64,000 bases of DNA from Cenarchaeum sp. (GTDB taxonomy: Archaea; Thermoproteota; Nitrososphaeria; Nitrososphaerales; Nitrosopumilaceae). Each line of letters begins with the position of its first letter. The stretch's first letter is position 1. Under the pieces are notes generated by a model. It did no database searches and was not told where the DNA came from. It was given only the letters and a program-made list of their open reading frames with translations. The translations under genes were made by a program, and so were the position numbers. Below, one piece after another: positions 8,948 through 20,136 of this stretch. The stretch lies in assembly GCA_965242695.1 (NCBI GenBank), contig CBDESU010000002.1, forward strand, positions 1,120,001-1,184,000. The letters run 5' to 3'.

Positions 8948-10474
8948 ATGGTTCTCGAGATGGGCCGGCCGCGGCCGATATGGCAGATCATGTTCTCGAC
9001 GCACCACACCGACGTCGGGCTGCTCTACCTGATCACGTCGCTTGCGTTCCTGTTCATGGGCGGCGCCCTGGCCCTGGCCATACGCCTCGAGCTGTTCCTG
9101 CCCGGCGCGCAGTTCATCGCCGACTCGATGACGTTCAACCGCATATTCACGGTGCACGGGACGACCCTGATATTCCTGTTCATACTACCGTTCGCGTCTG
9201 CCGTCGGCAACTACTTTGTCCCCATAATGGTCCGCTACAAGGACATGGCGTACCCAAAGCTCAACGCGATCGCGTTCTGGATGATCCCGCCGTCGGGGGC
9301 CCTCATCTGGCTCGGCTTTGCCGACTTTACGTGGTACGCGACGCCGCCCTACTCTATCATCAGCGCGCCGGGGCCGGCGGCCGACATGTGGATATTCGGG
9401 CTAAAGATACTCGGCGTCTCGTCCATACTCGGCTCGATCAACTTTGTCGTGACGATACTAAAGTGCAAGCACCCGGACATGTCGATAGGCCAGATACCGC
9501 TGCTCGCGTGGTCGTTCCTCTCGTCGTCGCTGATCATACTCGTGGCCCTGCCGACGTTCGCCGCCGCCCTGCTCATGCTGCTCACCGACCGCCTCGGCGT
9601 GACGGGCTTCTTCAACCCCGTCATGGGAGGCGACCCGATAGCGTACGCGCACCTGTTCTGGTTTACGTTCCACCCAGAGGTGTACGTTCTGGTCATACCC
9701 GCAATCGGCATGATGTACGAGATCATACCGCGCTTCTCGCGCAAGCCGATATTCAGCTACAACTCTGGCATCTTCGCGTTCGTCCTGCTCTCGATAGTCG
9801 GGTTCGCGTCGTGGGCGCACCACATGTACGCGACGGGCATGTCGTTCACGGAAAAGACGGTCTTCATGGTCGGCACACTCGCGGCCGTGCCGGCGTCGGC
9901 CATGCACGTCTTCAACTTCATCGCGACGATGTGGAACGGGCGCATAAAGTTCGCATCGCCGATGATGTGGTCGGTCGGCGGCATCGCGCTGTTCTTCTCG
10001 GCAGGGGCCGGCGGGGTCGTCAACGCGGCGATGCCGCTGGACTTTACGACCCACGACACGTACTGGGTCGTCGGGCACTTCCACCTGTTCGTCATGGGGA
10101 CGATCGCGTTCGGCTCGATAGGCTACCTCTACTACATGTTCCCGTACGTGACGGGCCGCATGTACAACGAGGCCCTCGGCAAGGTCCACTTTGTCATGTC
10201 GTTCGTCGGCGCCGTCCTCGTGTTCTTCACGCAGCACGTGCTCGGGCTGTACGGCATGCCGCGCCGCATCTACGACTATCCGCCCATACCCGAGTGGATT
10301 GCGATGAACCAGATCGCGACGATCGGGGCGATGCTCATCGGCATCAGCATGGCGCTGTTCCTCGGCAACATCATACACTCGTCGGCAAAGGGGAGGCCGG
10401 CGAACATGGACGATCCGTGGGGGCTCGGCGGCAAGTACTACTACCCGTACCAGAACAAGAACCCGCAGCACTAG
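8948..10474 (+). CDS. coxA: Heme-copper oxidase subunit I
   Basis: FTVHG, FWFTFHPEVY, WAHH, VVGHFH, GMPRR. Confidence 0.97.
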   Translation: MVLEMGRPRPIWQIMFSTHHTDVGLLYLITSLAFLFMGGALALAIRLELFLPGAQFIADSMTFNRIFTVHGTTLIFLFILPFASAVGNYFVPIMVRYKDMAYPKLNAIAFWMIPPSGALIWLGFADFTWYATPPYSIISAPGPAADMWIFGLKILGVSSILGSINFVVTILKCKHPDMSIGQIPLLAWSFLSSSLIILVALPTFAAALLMLLTDRLGVTGFFNPVMGGDPIAYAHLFWFTFHPEVYVLVIPAIGMMYEIIPRFSRKPIFSYNSGIFAFVLLSIVGFASWAHHMYATGMSFTEKTVFMVGTLAAVPASAMHVFNFIATMWNGRIKFASPMMWSVGGIALFFSAGAGGVVNAAMPLDFTTHDTYWVVGHFHLFVMGTIAFGSIGYLYYMFPYVTGRMYNEALGKVHFVMSFVGAVLVFFTQHVLGLYGMPRRIYDYPPIPEWIAMNQIATIGAMLIGISMALFLGNIIHSSAKGRPANMDDPWGLGGKYYYPYQNKNPQH

Positions 10475-10504
10475 GAGATTGATGGGCAAGGAGGAGATGG
10501 TAGA

Positions 10505-12109
10505 GTGTCACAACAGAGCGAGGGGCCGGCCGGAAGCGCCATCTACAGGACGACGCCGGCGCGCACGGTGAGGATGATGGCGATCATGCTCGGCATCTGC
10601 GTGGCGGGGGGAGGCATATTCTTCGGCATGTGGGACTATTGGATATCGCAGACGCCGCCGGTCGTCGAGGTCATGGCAGGCAGCACGGCGCCCGAGGCCG
10701 TCGAGGTCGAGCTTACGGGCGTCGAGCTGCCCGTGTCGCTGTCGTTCGTAGAGTCCGACAACCTCATAGTGCTCTCGTTCAACGCGCAGCCGGGCGAGCC
10801 GGGCCGCAACCCGACCATCGAGGCCGACGTGGGCGACAAGATACTGTTCGACGTGGTCAACGACGGGATATCCTTCCACTCGTTCGGCGTGACGGCCGAC
10901 ATAGAGGGCACGGGCGGCATCTATCCGGGCTCAGAGGTCGCATCCCCGAACAACCCCCTGACAGGCGGGCAGAGCGGCACGTCCGAGTTTGTCGCGCCCG
11001 AGGACGGCATCTACTACTACATCTGCACCGTTCCGGGCCACCGGCTCCAGGGCATGGAGGGCATGATCGTGGTCGGCGACGTGGACGCGTCCGAGGTGGA
11101 GGCGGCCGAGGCGGCCGCCGCCGAGGCGCCAGCGGCTGCCGAGGATGTTCCGGCCGTCGACAGGGTCTTTGTCGAGGGCCTTGACGGCGCGATATCGATC
11201 CCCGAGGGCTCGTCCGTCGCCGGATGCGAGGCGACCGACGAGTGCTACATCCCGGCAGGCGTGTCCGTAGAGCCGGGGACGACCGTGGTGTGGTCCAACG
11301 ACGACACGGCGGCCCACACGGTGACGAGCTCGCCCGACTCGCCGATGTCGTTCGACAGCGGCCTGTTCATGGCAGGCGACACGTTTGAGGTCACGTTCGA
11401 TGACCCCGGCGAGTACCCGTACTGGTGCATCGTCCACCCGTGGATGACGGGGACGGTCCTCGTCGGGGATGCGGCAGCCATGGCGGCGGACTCTGGCGAC
11501 GCCATGGCCGACGACGCCATGGCCGACGACGCCATGGCCGACGACGCCATGGCCGACGACGCCATGGCCGACGACGCCATGGCCGACGACGCCATGGCCG
11601 ACGACGCCATGGCCGACGACGCCATGGCCGACGACGCCATGGCCGACGACGCCATGGCCGACGACGCCATGGCCGACGACGCCATGGCCGACGACGCCAT
11701 GGCCGACGACGCCATGGCCGACGGCACGGAAGTCAGCGACTCGGCCACCGCGGTAAAGTCCCCCGCCTCATCCGAAGGGGACGAGGCCGCCAGCAGCGGC
11801 GCGGGCGCCCCGGTCGAGCTCGACGGCCCCATATCGCTCCCGGCCGGCTCTTCGATCGCAGGGTGCGAGAGGACGGACGAGTGCTACATCCCGTCGTCGG
11901 TCGTGGTCCCGGCGGGAACGACCGTGGTGTGGTCCAACGACGACACGGCGGCCCACACGGTGACGAGCTCGCCCGACTCGCCGATGTCGTTCGACAGCAG
12001 CCTGTTCATGCCCGACACTACGTTCGAGGTCACGTTCGACGACCCTGGCGAGTACCCGTACTGGTGCATCGTCCACCCGTGGATGGTCGGCACGGTGGTT
12101 GTAGAGTAG
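10505..12109 (+). CDS. Membrane-anchored blue-copper protein with three cupredoxin domains and a Met/Asp repeat linker
   Basis: N-terminal TM; type-1 Cu motifs [13 protein letters not shown] and two copies of AHTVT...YWCIVHPWM. Confidence 0.9.
   Translation: MSQQSEGPAGSAIYRTTPARTVRMMAIMLGICVAGGGIFFGMWDYWISQTPPVVEVMAGSTAPEAVEVELTGVELPVSLSFVESDNLIVLSFNAQPGEPGRNPTIEADVGDKILFDVVNDGISFHSFGVTADIEGTGGIYPGSEVASPNNPLTGGQSGTSEFVAPEDGIYYYICTVPGHRLQGMEGMIVVGDVDASEVEAAEAAAAEAPAAAEDVPAVDRVFVEGLDGAISIPEGSSVAGCEATDECYIPAGVSVEPGTTVVWSNDDTAAHTVTSSPDSPMSFDSGLFMAGDTFEVTFDDPGEYPYWCIVHPWMTGTVLVGDAAAMAADSGDAMADDAMADDAMADDAMADDAMADDAMADDAMADDAMADDAMADDAMADDAMADDAMADDAMADDAMADDAMADGTEVSDSATAVKSPASSEGDEAASSGAGAPVELDGPISLPAGSSIAGCERTDECYIPSSVVVPAGTTVVWSNDDTAAHTVTSSPDSPMSFDSSLFMPDTTFEVTFDDPGEYPYWCIVHPWMVGTVVVE
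11498..11722 (+). repeat. Perfect coding tandem repeat, 15 x 15 bp (GACGCCATGGCCGAC = DAMAD)
   Basis: Counted directly: 225 bp. Confidence 0.95.
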
Positions 12110-12116
12110 GACGGAA

Positions 12117-12593
12117 TTGGCCCTAAGGTACCTTGCGCTGTCGGCCCTGGCGGTCCTGTACTCGCTCATGTTCCTGGGCGGCTACGTCTCGGCCGCCGGG
12201 CTGGGCCTGTCGTGCCCCGACTGGCCGCTGTGCCCCGACGGCATAATGCCGGGCGAGGACTACTTTGTCGAGTGGCTGCACCGCCTCATCGCGGCGGCCG
12301 CCGGCGTCCTGATAGCCGCCACGGCGGTCGCCGTGTGGCTCAACAAGGCGGCCGACTCGAAGATAAGGGCGACGAGCGTTATTGCGGCGGCTCTTGTCGT
12401 GGTCCAGATCACGCTCGGCGCGATCGTGATAGACACGCTGCTCCACTCGGTGCTCGTGGCCGTCCACCTCGGGTTGGGGATACTCTTGTTTGCAATGTCG
12501 CTGCTTACCACGCTGTTCGCGTTCCGCATAGACCGCGGCGGCGGGGGCAGGCGCGTCACGTCCCCTGCGGCCTCGGCCGAGCCCGGGCAGTAG
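12117..12593 (+). CDS. COX15/CtaA-family heme A synthase (short form)
   Basis: GLGLSCPDWPLC, EWLHR, QITLG, VAVHL. Confidence 0.88.
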   Translation: MALRYLALSALAVLYSLMFLGGYVSAAGLGLSCPDWPLCPDGIMPGEDYFVEWLHRLIAAAAGVLIAATAVAVWLNKAADSKIRATSVIAAALVVVQITLGAIVIDTLLHSVLVAVHLGLGILLFAMSLLTTLFAFRIDRGGGGRRVTSPAASAEPGQ

Positions 12594-12653
12594 CGGGGCG
12601 GCAGCCCCCGGCGGGGGCGGGGCGGCGATCGGCACTCCCCTGCCGGCCGCAGC

Positions 12654-13721
12654 TTGGGCGCTCGGCCGGATGCTCCAACGCATAATACCCGGCCTCCTCC
12701 GGACGACCCGGTGGCGGGTGCAACGTCCGGCCTCACGGCAGGGGGGCTTAGGAGGGAGATCGAGGAGCACGGCGGCGCGCGCAGGTATGCCGCCCTGCTG
12801 GAAAGGAGGGCGCGCCGCGGCCCCGGCGATCCGGGAGCGTACTGCGAGGCAGCCGTAATGCAGGTGGCGGCGAACCGCCCGGGCAGGGCCGTGTCGCTGC
12901 TGCGCGAGGCGCTGCGCATCGCACCCGGAATGCTGCCCGCGCATGTGGCCATGGCCCATGCCTACATGTGCGCGGGCCGCCATGCAAGGGCCGCAAGGTC
13001 GTGCAGGAGGGCCATCCGGCTGGATCCTGGCTCGGCCTACGCCCACATGCTGTACGGCAGGTCGATGATGCTCATGGGCCGGCCTGCTAGGGCGCTGCGC
13101 CTGCTCCGCGCCGCGGCCCGCCTCAACCCGGGCCTCGCCGGGGTGGACGAGGGCTTGGGCCATGTGCTGGACGCCATGGGGCGCTACAAGGAGGCCGCCG
13201 CCTGCTACAGGCGGGCCGCCGATGCCGACAGCGCGCCTGTCCACGCCGTCATGTGCGCCGGCGAATGCCTAGCAAAGGCCGGGCTGTTCAAGGATGCGCT
13301 GTCCGAGTTCGACAGGGCCGTCGAGATGGAGCCCGGCATGTCCCTGGCCCACATGTCGCGCGGCGACGCGCTGTCCGCGCTGGGGCGCCACTCGGAGGCG
13401 GCGGCATCGTACGAGGCGGCCACCGATGCCGACCCGGGCAACCCCTTCTTGTGGGCCGCCAAGGCCCTGTGCTACGGCAGGGCCGGCATGGCGGCAAGGG
13501 GGCGGGACAGCCTTGCAAGGGCCAGGGCACTGAGGCGGTCCGGCTCGCAGCCCAGCATCGACGGCCTGCAGCCAATGTTCGCCAACATAGTCGGCGGCAT
13601 GCAAGAGGAAGAGATGGCCGCATTCAGGGATGCCGCCTTTTCGGACGAGGAAACCGACAAGACCATTGCGGACGCAGACGAGGCCATTGCCTCCGCCGGG
13701 AAGGGGGCAGGAGAGCAGTAG
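12654..13721 (+). CDS. TPR-repeat protein
   Basis: Repeated TPR patterns (ALRIAP, AIRLDP, AVEMEP, GxxLxxxGRxxEA); start uncertain. Confidence 0.8.
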   Translation: MGARPDAPTHNTRPPPDDPVAGATSGLTAGGLRREIEEHGGARRYAALLERRARRGPGDPGAYCEAAVMQVAANRPGRAVSLLREALRIAPGMLPAHVAMAHAYMCAGRHARAARSCRRAIRLDPGSAYAHMLYGRSMMLMGRPARALRLLRAAARLNPGLAGVDEGLGHVLDAMGRYKEAAACYRRAADADSAPVHAVMCAGECLAKAGLFKDALSEFDRAVEMEPGMSLAHMSRGDALSALGRHSEAAASYEAATDADPGNPFLWAAKALCYGRAGMAARGRDSLARARALRRSGSQPSIDGLQPMFANIVGGMQEEEMAAFRDAAFSDEETDKTIADADEAIASAGKGAGEQ

Positions 13722-13824
13722 GACAGCACGCTTCGCGGCGGCGGCGGAGGCGGCGCCCGCAGCGAAGGCGGGGCGGGCGGGGAGCCGCCGGCCGGACGGA
13801 TCGGGGCATTGCGCGCCCGCCCCT

Positions 13825-14430
13825 TCAGCCCCGCCCGCGCCGTCCCTGTCCCCACGGCACCCTGCCCGACACCCTCGGCAGGTAGATGTACGCCATCAGG
13901 ACGCCGAACACCGACGCGCCGACCGTGATGGAGACGATGAATATGTACCCGAACGGGCTCTGCGTGCTGAGGTTGAACGTGTACGTCACCGTCCTGCCGT
14001 CGCCGGCCATGTCGTACAGGTCGACGTACACGATGTGGTTGCCGGGGCTGTCAAAGACGAACGCGCCCTCCCAGTGGCTCCCCTCTATGGCGGCGGGGGG
14101 AACGGCGTGCACCTGCTCGCCGGCGAACGTAAACCTCATGCCCATCGTGAACCTCTCGACCTCTTCAAAGTCGGCGTCGGTCACCCTGATGAGGACCTGC
14201 GACTCCTCGCCGATCTGGGGAAACTCGGGGAGGGTCGCTATCTGCACCCTGAACCCCCCGACGAACTCCTCGGCCGAGTTGAACAGCGAGTGGGCGTGGG
14301 CCGCCGCCGGGCCGCCGCCACTGCCGGAGGAGGATGCCGCCGCCAGCGCCAGCACGGCAGCCGCGGCGACGGCGGCCACCGCCGGGGCGCCCCGGCGCGC
14401 GCGCGGGCCCCTCGCCCCGGCCCCCGCCAT
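13825..14430 (-). CDS. Exported/membrane protein with signal peptide and C-terminal TM
   Basis: AHAHSLFN signal-cleavage-like site; C-terminal hydrophobic helix. Confidence 0.75.
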   Translation of the reverse strand: MAGAGARGPRARRGAPAVAAVAAAAVLALAAASSSGSGGGPAAAHAHSLFNSAEEFVGGFRVQIATLPEFPQIGEESQVLIRVTDADFEEVERFTMGMRFTFAGEQVHAVPPAAIEGSHWEGAFVFDSPGNHIVYVDLYDMAGDGRTVTYTFNLSTQSPFGYIFIVSITVGASVFGVLMAYIYLPRVSGRVPWGQGRRGRG

Positions 14431-14447
14431 GCGCGCGCGAGGGCGCC

Positions 14448-14975
<528 letters not shown>

Positions 14976-14979
14976 GGGT

Positions 14980-15013
14980 TTAGTCCAAACTAACTTTGTT
15001 TAGCTATAAATAC
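14980..15013 (+). promoter_or_regulatory. Inverted repeat TTAGT-CCAA-ACTAA plus TATA box of ferredoxin 2
   Basis: Palindrome at 14980-14993; TAGCTATAAATAC at 15001-15013. Confidence 0.55.
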
Positions 15014-15035
15014 AAAGTGCCGGCCGCCGCCGCCA

Positions 15036-15572
15036 ATGGCTATAGACGAAAAGTTCGTCGAGAACCTAGAGATCAGCGGGCAGACCGACCACTCTGACGG
15101 GGAGAACAAGCACTTCATCTGGGGGGCGGGCCGCAGCGACGGCGCCGCCTTCAGCAACGACCAGGTAAAGGCCGCGTACGAGGAAAAGGGCGAGGAGCAG
15201 GTGCCCCTCGGCATCCACGGCACGACGGTCGCCGTCGACTGGGACGAGTGCACCGCGCAGGGCTCGTGCATGAGCGTGTGCCCCGTGCAGACCTTCCAGT
15301 GGTACAGGACCGAGAAGGACATTCCGGCTGCCCAGTGCAACGGGGAGACCTTTGAGGGGACCGGCAACACCGAGCAGGACGAACGCCTAGACTACACGGA
15401 CAAGTCGCAGCCGATCCGCGAGCACGACTGCACGCAGTGCATGGCATGCCAGGAGGCATGCCCCGAGAGGGCCATACTCATCGAGCCCTCTTACCAGTCG
15501 TACCACGAAAAGGCCGCCGGCACGTACGTCAAGATGGACACGGGATCCGTCAACCCACACGCCCACGACTAG
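15036..15572 (+). CDS. Dicluster ferredoxin paralog
   Basis: CTAQGSCMSVCP and CTQCMACQEACP; clear paralog of the upstream gene. Confidence 0.9.
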   Translation: MAIDEKFVENLEISGQTDHSDGENKHFIWGAGRSDGAAFSNDQVKAAYEEKGEEQVPLGIHGTTVAVDWDECTAQGSCMSVCPVQTFQWYRTEKDIPAAQCNGETFEGTGNTEQDERLDYTDKSQPIREHDCTQCMACQEACPERAILIEPSYQSYHEKAAGTYVKMDTGSVNPHAHD

Positions 15573-15575
15573 GGC

Positions 15576-15588
15576 TTTTTCATTTTTT
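15576..15588 (+). terminator. Archaeal oligo-T terminator candidate
   Basis: TTTTTCATTTTTT directly after the ferredoxin 2 stop. Confidence 0.5.
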
Positions 15589-15673
15589 CGACCGGTGCGC
15601 CGGCCGCGCCCGCCGCGGCAGGGGCCGCGCGCCCGCCCCAAACAGATTTTAGTGCGCCCGCCGGCCGTTCGCC

Positions 15674-15757
15674 GCAGAGGTCGCCTAGCCTGGTGGGGCG
15701 CGGGCCTTGAGAGTCTGTGCGACTTGTCGCGCGAGGGTTCGAATCCCTCTCTCTGCG
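15674..15757 (+). tRNA. tRNA-Ser(TGA)
   Basis: GCAGAGG acceptor; anticodon loop CTTGAGA; long variable arm; GGTTCGAATCC. Confidence 0.92.
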
Positions 15758-15774
15758 CTACAACGGCGCGGCCG

Positions 15775-16710
15775 CTACCTTTTGGCCGCGCCGAGCTCGG
15801 CCAGCATCGCCGACAGCTGGATCTCGGGGTTCGAGCCGGCGAGTATGCGGTAGTCGTACTTTGCCATGATCTGCAGGACCTCGGGCAGGCTCTCGCCGGC
15901 CTCCCTGTAGGCTGCGCTGCACGCGTACTTTAGAAAGTCCGAGTCGGACATGCCGTACACCCTTGTCAGCTCGATCATCTTCTCGCGCGCCTCGGCGAGC
16001 CTGCCCTCGAGCGCCGAGCGCACCACCCCGTCTACGTCGCCGGCCCTCGACAGGCCGGCGGCGGCCCTCACGCCGTCCTCGGTCACGGAGCCGGTCCCGG
16101 CCGCGGCCTGGAGTATGTTTATGGCGTTGCGCATGTCTCCGCCTGCGTAGTCGCACACGGCCTTGATCCCCTTTGCATCGGCCTTTACCTTCTCGGCCTT
16201 TGCAATCCTCTTGAGGCTGGCCGCGATGTCGTCGTCCGAGAGGGCCTTGAACTTGAAGACGGCGCACCTGCTCTGTATGGGGTCGATGATCCTCGATATG
16301 TTGTTGGCCACGAGTATGAACCTGCATATGCGCGAGGCGTCCTCGATGATGCGCCTGAGGGCCGTCTGCGCATCGGACGTCATCTCGTCGGCCTCGTCTA
16401 GTATGATGATCTTGAAGGGTATGTCGTCAAAGGCGGCAAAGTTCGAGAACCGCTTGACCTTTTCGCGGACCATGTTGATCCCGCGCTCGTCGGACGCGTT
16501 CAGCTCGAGCAGGTTGTCGCCAAGGTGGGCGCCGAGGACCTGGCGCGCGATGCACAGCGCCGTGGTCGTCTTGCCCACGCCGGCCGAGCCCGAGAACATG
16601 AGGTGCGGCATGTCGGCGGGGTTCTTGAGCAGCGCCTCTAGGCTGCCGACGGCGTCGGACTGGCCGGCCACGTCGGCGAGCTTCTGGGGCCTGTACTTTT
16701 CGACCCACAT
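15775..16710 (-). CDS. rfcS: Replication factor C small subunit
   Basis: MWVEKYRP, GSAGVGKTT, ELNASDERG, ILDEAD, IQSRC, GDMR. Confidence 0.95.
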   Translation of the reverse strand: MWVEKYRPQKLADVAGQSDAVGSLEALLKNPADMPHLMFSGSAGVGKTTTALCIARQVLGAHLGDNLLELNASDERGINMVREKVKRFSNFAAFDDIPFKIIILDEADEMTSDAQTALRRIIEDASRICRFILVANNISRIIDPIQSRCAVFKFKALSDDDIAASLKRIAKAEKVKADAKGIKAVCDYAGGDMRNAINILQAAAGTGSVTEDGVRAAAGLSRAGDVDGVVRSALEGRLAEAREKMIELTRVYGMSDSDFLKYACSAAYREAGESLPEVLQIMAKYDYRILAGSNPEIQLSAMLAELGAAKR

Positions 16711-18033
16711 CGTCCCTCCGGGCGCCATGCCCGGCCGTCGCCGGCGGCCCGCTATTAAGATACCACATACGGGCTCGGGGGGCGCGCGCGGCCTGCGCCA
16801 TGCGTCTTGCTATGCTCCTTTGCGGTCGCGTTGAACCACATACGGGCTCGGGGGGCGCGCGCGGCCTGCGCCCCCGCCGCGCGGCTGCCCCCTGACCGGC
16901 GGCGCGGGGCGTCTTCCGGCAGGCGGAGACCCGCTTGTGTAGGCCCCTTGCGGGGCTCGGTGCGTACAGGGGCGCGCTGCCACGCGTCCAGCGCCGGGCG
17001 TCGGGCGCCGGCTCGATGGCATCGCCTCCTCGAACGGGCGGTCGGCCTGGGGATGAAGAGGGCCTGCGCTCAGTGCGGCAAGGACGCCGGCAGGTATGTC
17101 GTGGCGGCCCGTCTCTACGACAAGAGGAAGAGGGCTTGCGCTCAGTGCGGCAAGGACGCACTGCACATGCTGTTCATTGGGGGGGGGGGGTGGGTGGGTG
17201 GGTGGGCATGTACTGCAAGGAAGTGCAGGGTCAGGGTTCGCAGTGCGATGTCGTGGCGGGCCGATCATCTTTGCGTGCGCATCATGCGCATCGGGCCCCG
17301 GCCGGGGAGGCTCTCCATCCCCTGCGGACCGGCCGCGGCCGGCGGCGCCGTGGGATCAATGCTGGCCGTGGGAGGAGAGGATGCGATCGCCTAGCGAGGG
17401 CGCGTTGGGTGCGGCCGTGGAGGCGAAGGGAGGCGGCGGCGGCGGGTTGCCGCCGCTGTCTACAGGACGGGATCGTCGATCGTCACTGCCAGAGGGTTTG
17501 CGAGGATTCGGGACCGGGGCGCCTGGTACGGTGCAACACCGGGTGTGCTCGGCATTGACCTCAGCTCAACGGTGGTTCAACCGCTGCTTTTTTTAGGCGG
17601 CGCACGGCGATCGGGGACATGGGCAATTTGGGGACGCCCGAGGGGGTAGTTGCCGCTTCTCGGCCTTTGCTAGACATCGCCGGGGCGTCTGCCATTTCTA
17701 CAGGGGCGCGTTGGAGCGCGGCGCGATGTCAGGCCGCCTGTTCGAGGCTATCCAATACTTCGAACCGAGCCGCAGCGCAAAAAGCGCGCCCCGTGCGATG
17801 TGCTGATCGGCTGTTCGCAGTGCCGGGGCATGCGGGCAGGCAGGGCCAGGGCTGCGGCCACGGCCTTGTGGAACCTGCTGGCAGTTGGCGGGTCGAATAC
17901 GCCCGCGGCGTTCCCGTTGAGAGGATGCGGCCGCGGCCCTGCGGAGCCGTCAGGCGAGGGTTCGTTCCGGACAGCCGCGCGACGGCCAGTGGGGTGGCCC
18001 ACAACGCGCTTGCGCCTTACGGGAGGGTCCGAC

Positions 18034-19911
18034 ATGATGCTTGAGCGCTGGACTAGCATCGCGCTGGCCGCAATCGCAGCGTGCACCGCACTTGGCATAT
18101 CTCAGGTGGACCACCTGCCAATGATTGACGAGCGCGTCATATTTCTCGTCGAAGTCGCACTGGCAGTAGGCATAGGCCTGTTTGTCTTCCAGTACTCGCG
18201 GCACAGCGATCGACTCATCGACAGACACGTAGACGAGGTGGGGTTGCTGATGAAACGCAACGAAAGGGCAAAGCAAGTGCGCAAGATTCGTGCAAACCGT
18301 GCGCTGTATTCCAACATGCACGCCATGGCAGACATATGCTCCAAGCTGGTCAATATGGCGGGCGGGCAGTCCGGCATAGCCGCGACAGAGTGGGAGTCGT
18401 TCAAGTCAGACGTTATTGCCATGCACGGCCAGATAGAGGATCGCTTGGACAGCCTCGGACGAAACTTGGAATCTTCTGACCATCTTGACGATGTAATATA
18501 CGACAAAATACGCAATGCGGTCGACATGTGGGACGAAAAGATTCGCATCGACGACGACAATAAAACCGTCAATGTCCTACAGTACCAGACGATGCTGGAT
18601 ATGCTAAACCAAGTACTACCCCGACTGGGGCGTCGCCAAGGGCTAGGCATGGACGTACCCTTGTCGATGTTCAGGCCTGCCGAATTCATAAGCCAGTCCG
18701 ATCGACTTACGATTGCCCTTGATCGTGACACGTATCCCCCAGGCGCGGCGATCCACATAACGCTGACGGCGGCAGGGCGACTACCTGGCCGGAAGATCAT
18801 TGTCACCATACTAGATATGGACCTCAATGCCGTGGCCCGGAAAACGGTAGTTGCACCGGGACATTCAAGGTCGCCGATCGCTCTGCTCCGGGCCCGGCTC
18901 GGACCGCGGGGATCCCAAGACGATCCCGCGAGCCAGGGAGGCGGGTGCAGAGTCGCCGCTACTGTGGTGGACATGAGGCCGAAGGGTGCGTCGGAGGGTG
19001 GACAGTACATCGTACGCGCTGCGTGCGGAGGCTTGATCTCCGAGACCACCTTCGATGTCGTGTCGACGCCTCCAGAAGTGCAGACCGACAAATCCGAATT
19101 CCTGATGGGAGGGGACATGATCGTGACCGTCATAGACCCTGCCGCCAACAAGGACGGAACAAAGAGGGACATTGCGGGCGCATCGGACCAATCGCGACTT
19201 GTCATTGATTCCCCGCACGGCCAGATCGACGGCTACAAGCTTGTGGAGACTGGCAATTCAACGGGTGTATTCCAAGGATTAGTGCGGATCATTGGCGTCC
19301 GTAACGATGGCTCGATCAGGGGCACAGAAATCGACGGGGCAAACATCGACAAGACGCAGGGCAAGGGAAACGAGGATGGCGCCATAGTTTGCGGTCCAGG
19401 CCAAGCTATCCATATCCGGTACACGAACGAAATCGGAAGTGTGGCGACGACGGTATTTGGCATGGGGGTTAATCCCGTCATAGAGCTAGACAAAAAACAA
19501 TATGCGTGCTTTGACAGGGTGGACATATGTGTGATTGCACCCCACATTGCAGGAGAGGAAGAAGCGCCGCCGGTTATAGGGGACAGCAGACAAGACTGCT
19601 GGGTGTCGATTTCCTCCGCCAAGGCGTCGATCGAAGGATATAGGCTGATCGAAAGCGGGCCTGAAAGCGGCATATTCACGGGTGCGGTATCGCTCACGGG
19701 GCTTGCCTCCATGGAGGGCGACGGATCGCCTAAAGGGATACGATGTGGAGAGACAGGCGGTGCGGGTCCGAACAGAGGAAGGCTGGCGTGTGGATCGAAC
19801 GACACGGTCACGGTGCGCGTCACGTCCGCGTTCGCAGAGCCTGTAGAGACATCTGCGCACATACGCCAGTACGCGAACGTACATGATAAGAAAGATCCGC
19901 CCGCCGGATAG
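18034..19911 (+). CDS. Membrane protein with N-terminal TM hairpin, helical region and thaumarchaeal S-layer-like Ig domains
   Basis: Two hydrophobic helices, then repeated LDxxxY...I-x-V/L motifs and LVETGNSTGVFQG / LIESGPESGIFTG; lower GC than flanks. Confidence 0.75.
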   Translation: MMLERWTSIALAAIAACTALGISQVDHLPMIDERVIFLVEVALAVGIGLFVFQYSRHSDRLIDRHVDEVGLLMKRNERAKQVRKIRANRALYSNMHAMADICSKLVNMAGGQSGIAATEWESFKSDVIAMHGQIEDRLDSLGRNLESSDHLDDVIYDKIRNAVDMWDEKIRIDDDNKTVNVLQYQTMLDMLNQVLPRLGRRQGLGMDVPLSMFRPAEFISQSDRLTIALDRDTYPPGAAIHITLTAAGRLPGRKIIVTILDMDLNAVARKTVVAPGHSRSPIALLRARLGPRGSQDDPASQGGGCRVAATVVDMRPKGASEGGQYIVRAACGGLISETTFDVVSTPPEVQTDKSEFLMGGDMIVTVIDPAANKDGTKRDIAGASDQSRLVIDSPHGQIDGYKLVETGNSTGVFQGLVRIIGVRNDGSIRGTEIDGANIDKTQGKGNEDGAIVCGPGQAIHIRYTNEIGSVATTVFGMGVNPVIELDKKQYACFDRVDICVIAPHIAGEEEAPPVIGDSRQDCWVSISSAKASIEGYRLIESGPESGIFTGAVSLTGLASMEGDGSPKGIRCGETGGAGPNRGRLACGSNDTVTVRVTSAFAEPVETSAHIRQYANVHDKKDPPAG

Positions 19912-20136
19912 GCGAAAAGGCTACTTTGTCGGATGTGTGGCGCCTGACTCTGGGGCACCCGTGACACCTTGTGGTCATCTCGGGCCGCACTGCAAAGACT
20001 TTTTGTGACTGGAGGTGGGGCAGTGATAGGAATCCCCGACACCACAGTGCTCAAGCATCATGCCGGCATGGAACTGGACGGCACCACCTCTCAGCATTAT
20101 GCCCGTGGAAAAACAAGTCTTGTTACAGCCGTTCCG

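Noticed and set aside
8192-12593. Split subunit II and cytochrome-c-free oxidase as a novelty
   Set aside because: This is the known arrangement in AOA; only the repeat and extra domain are flagged.
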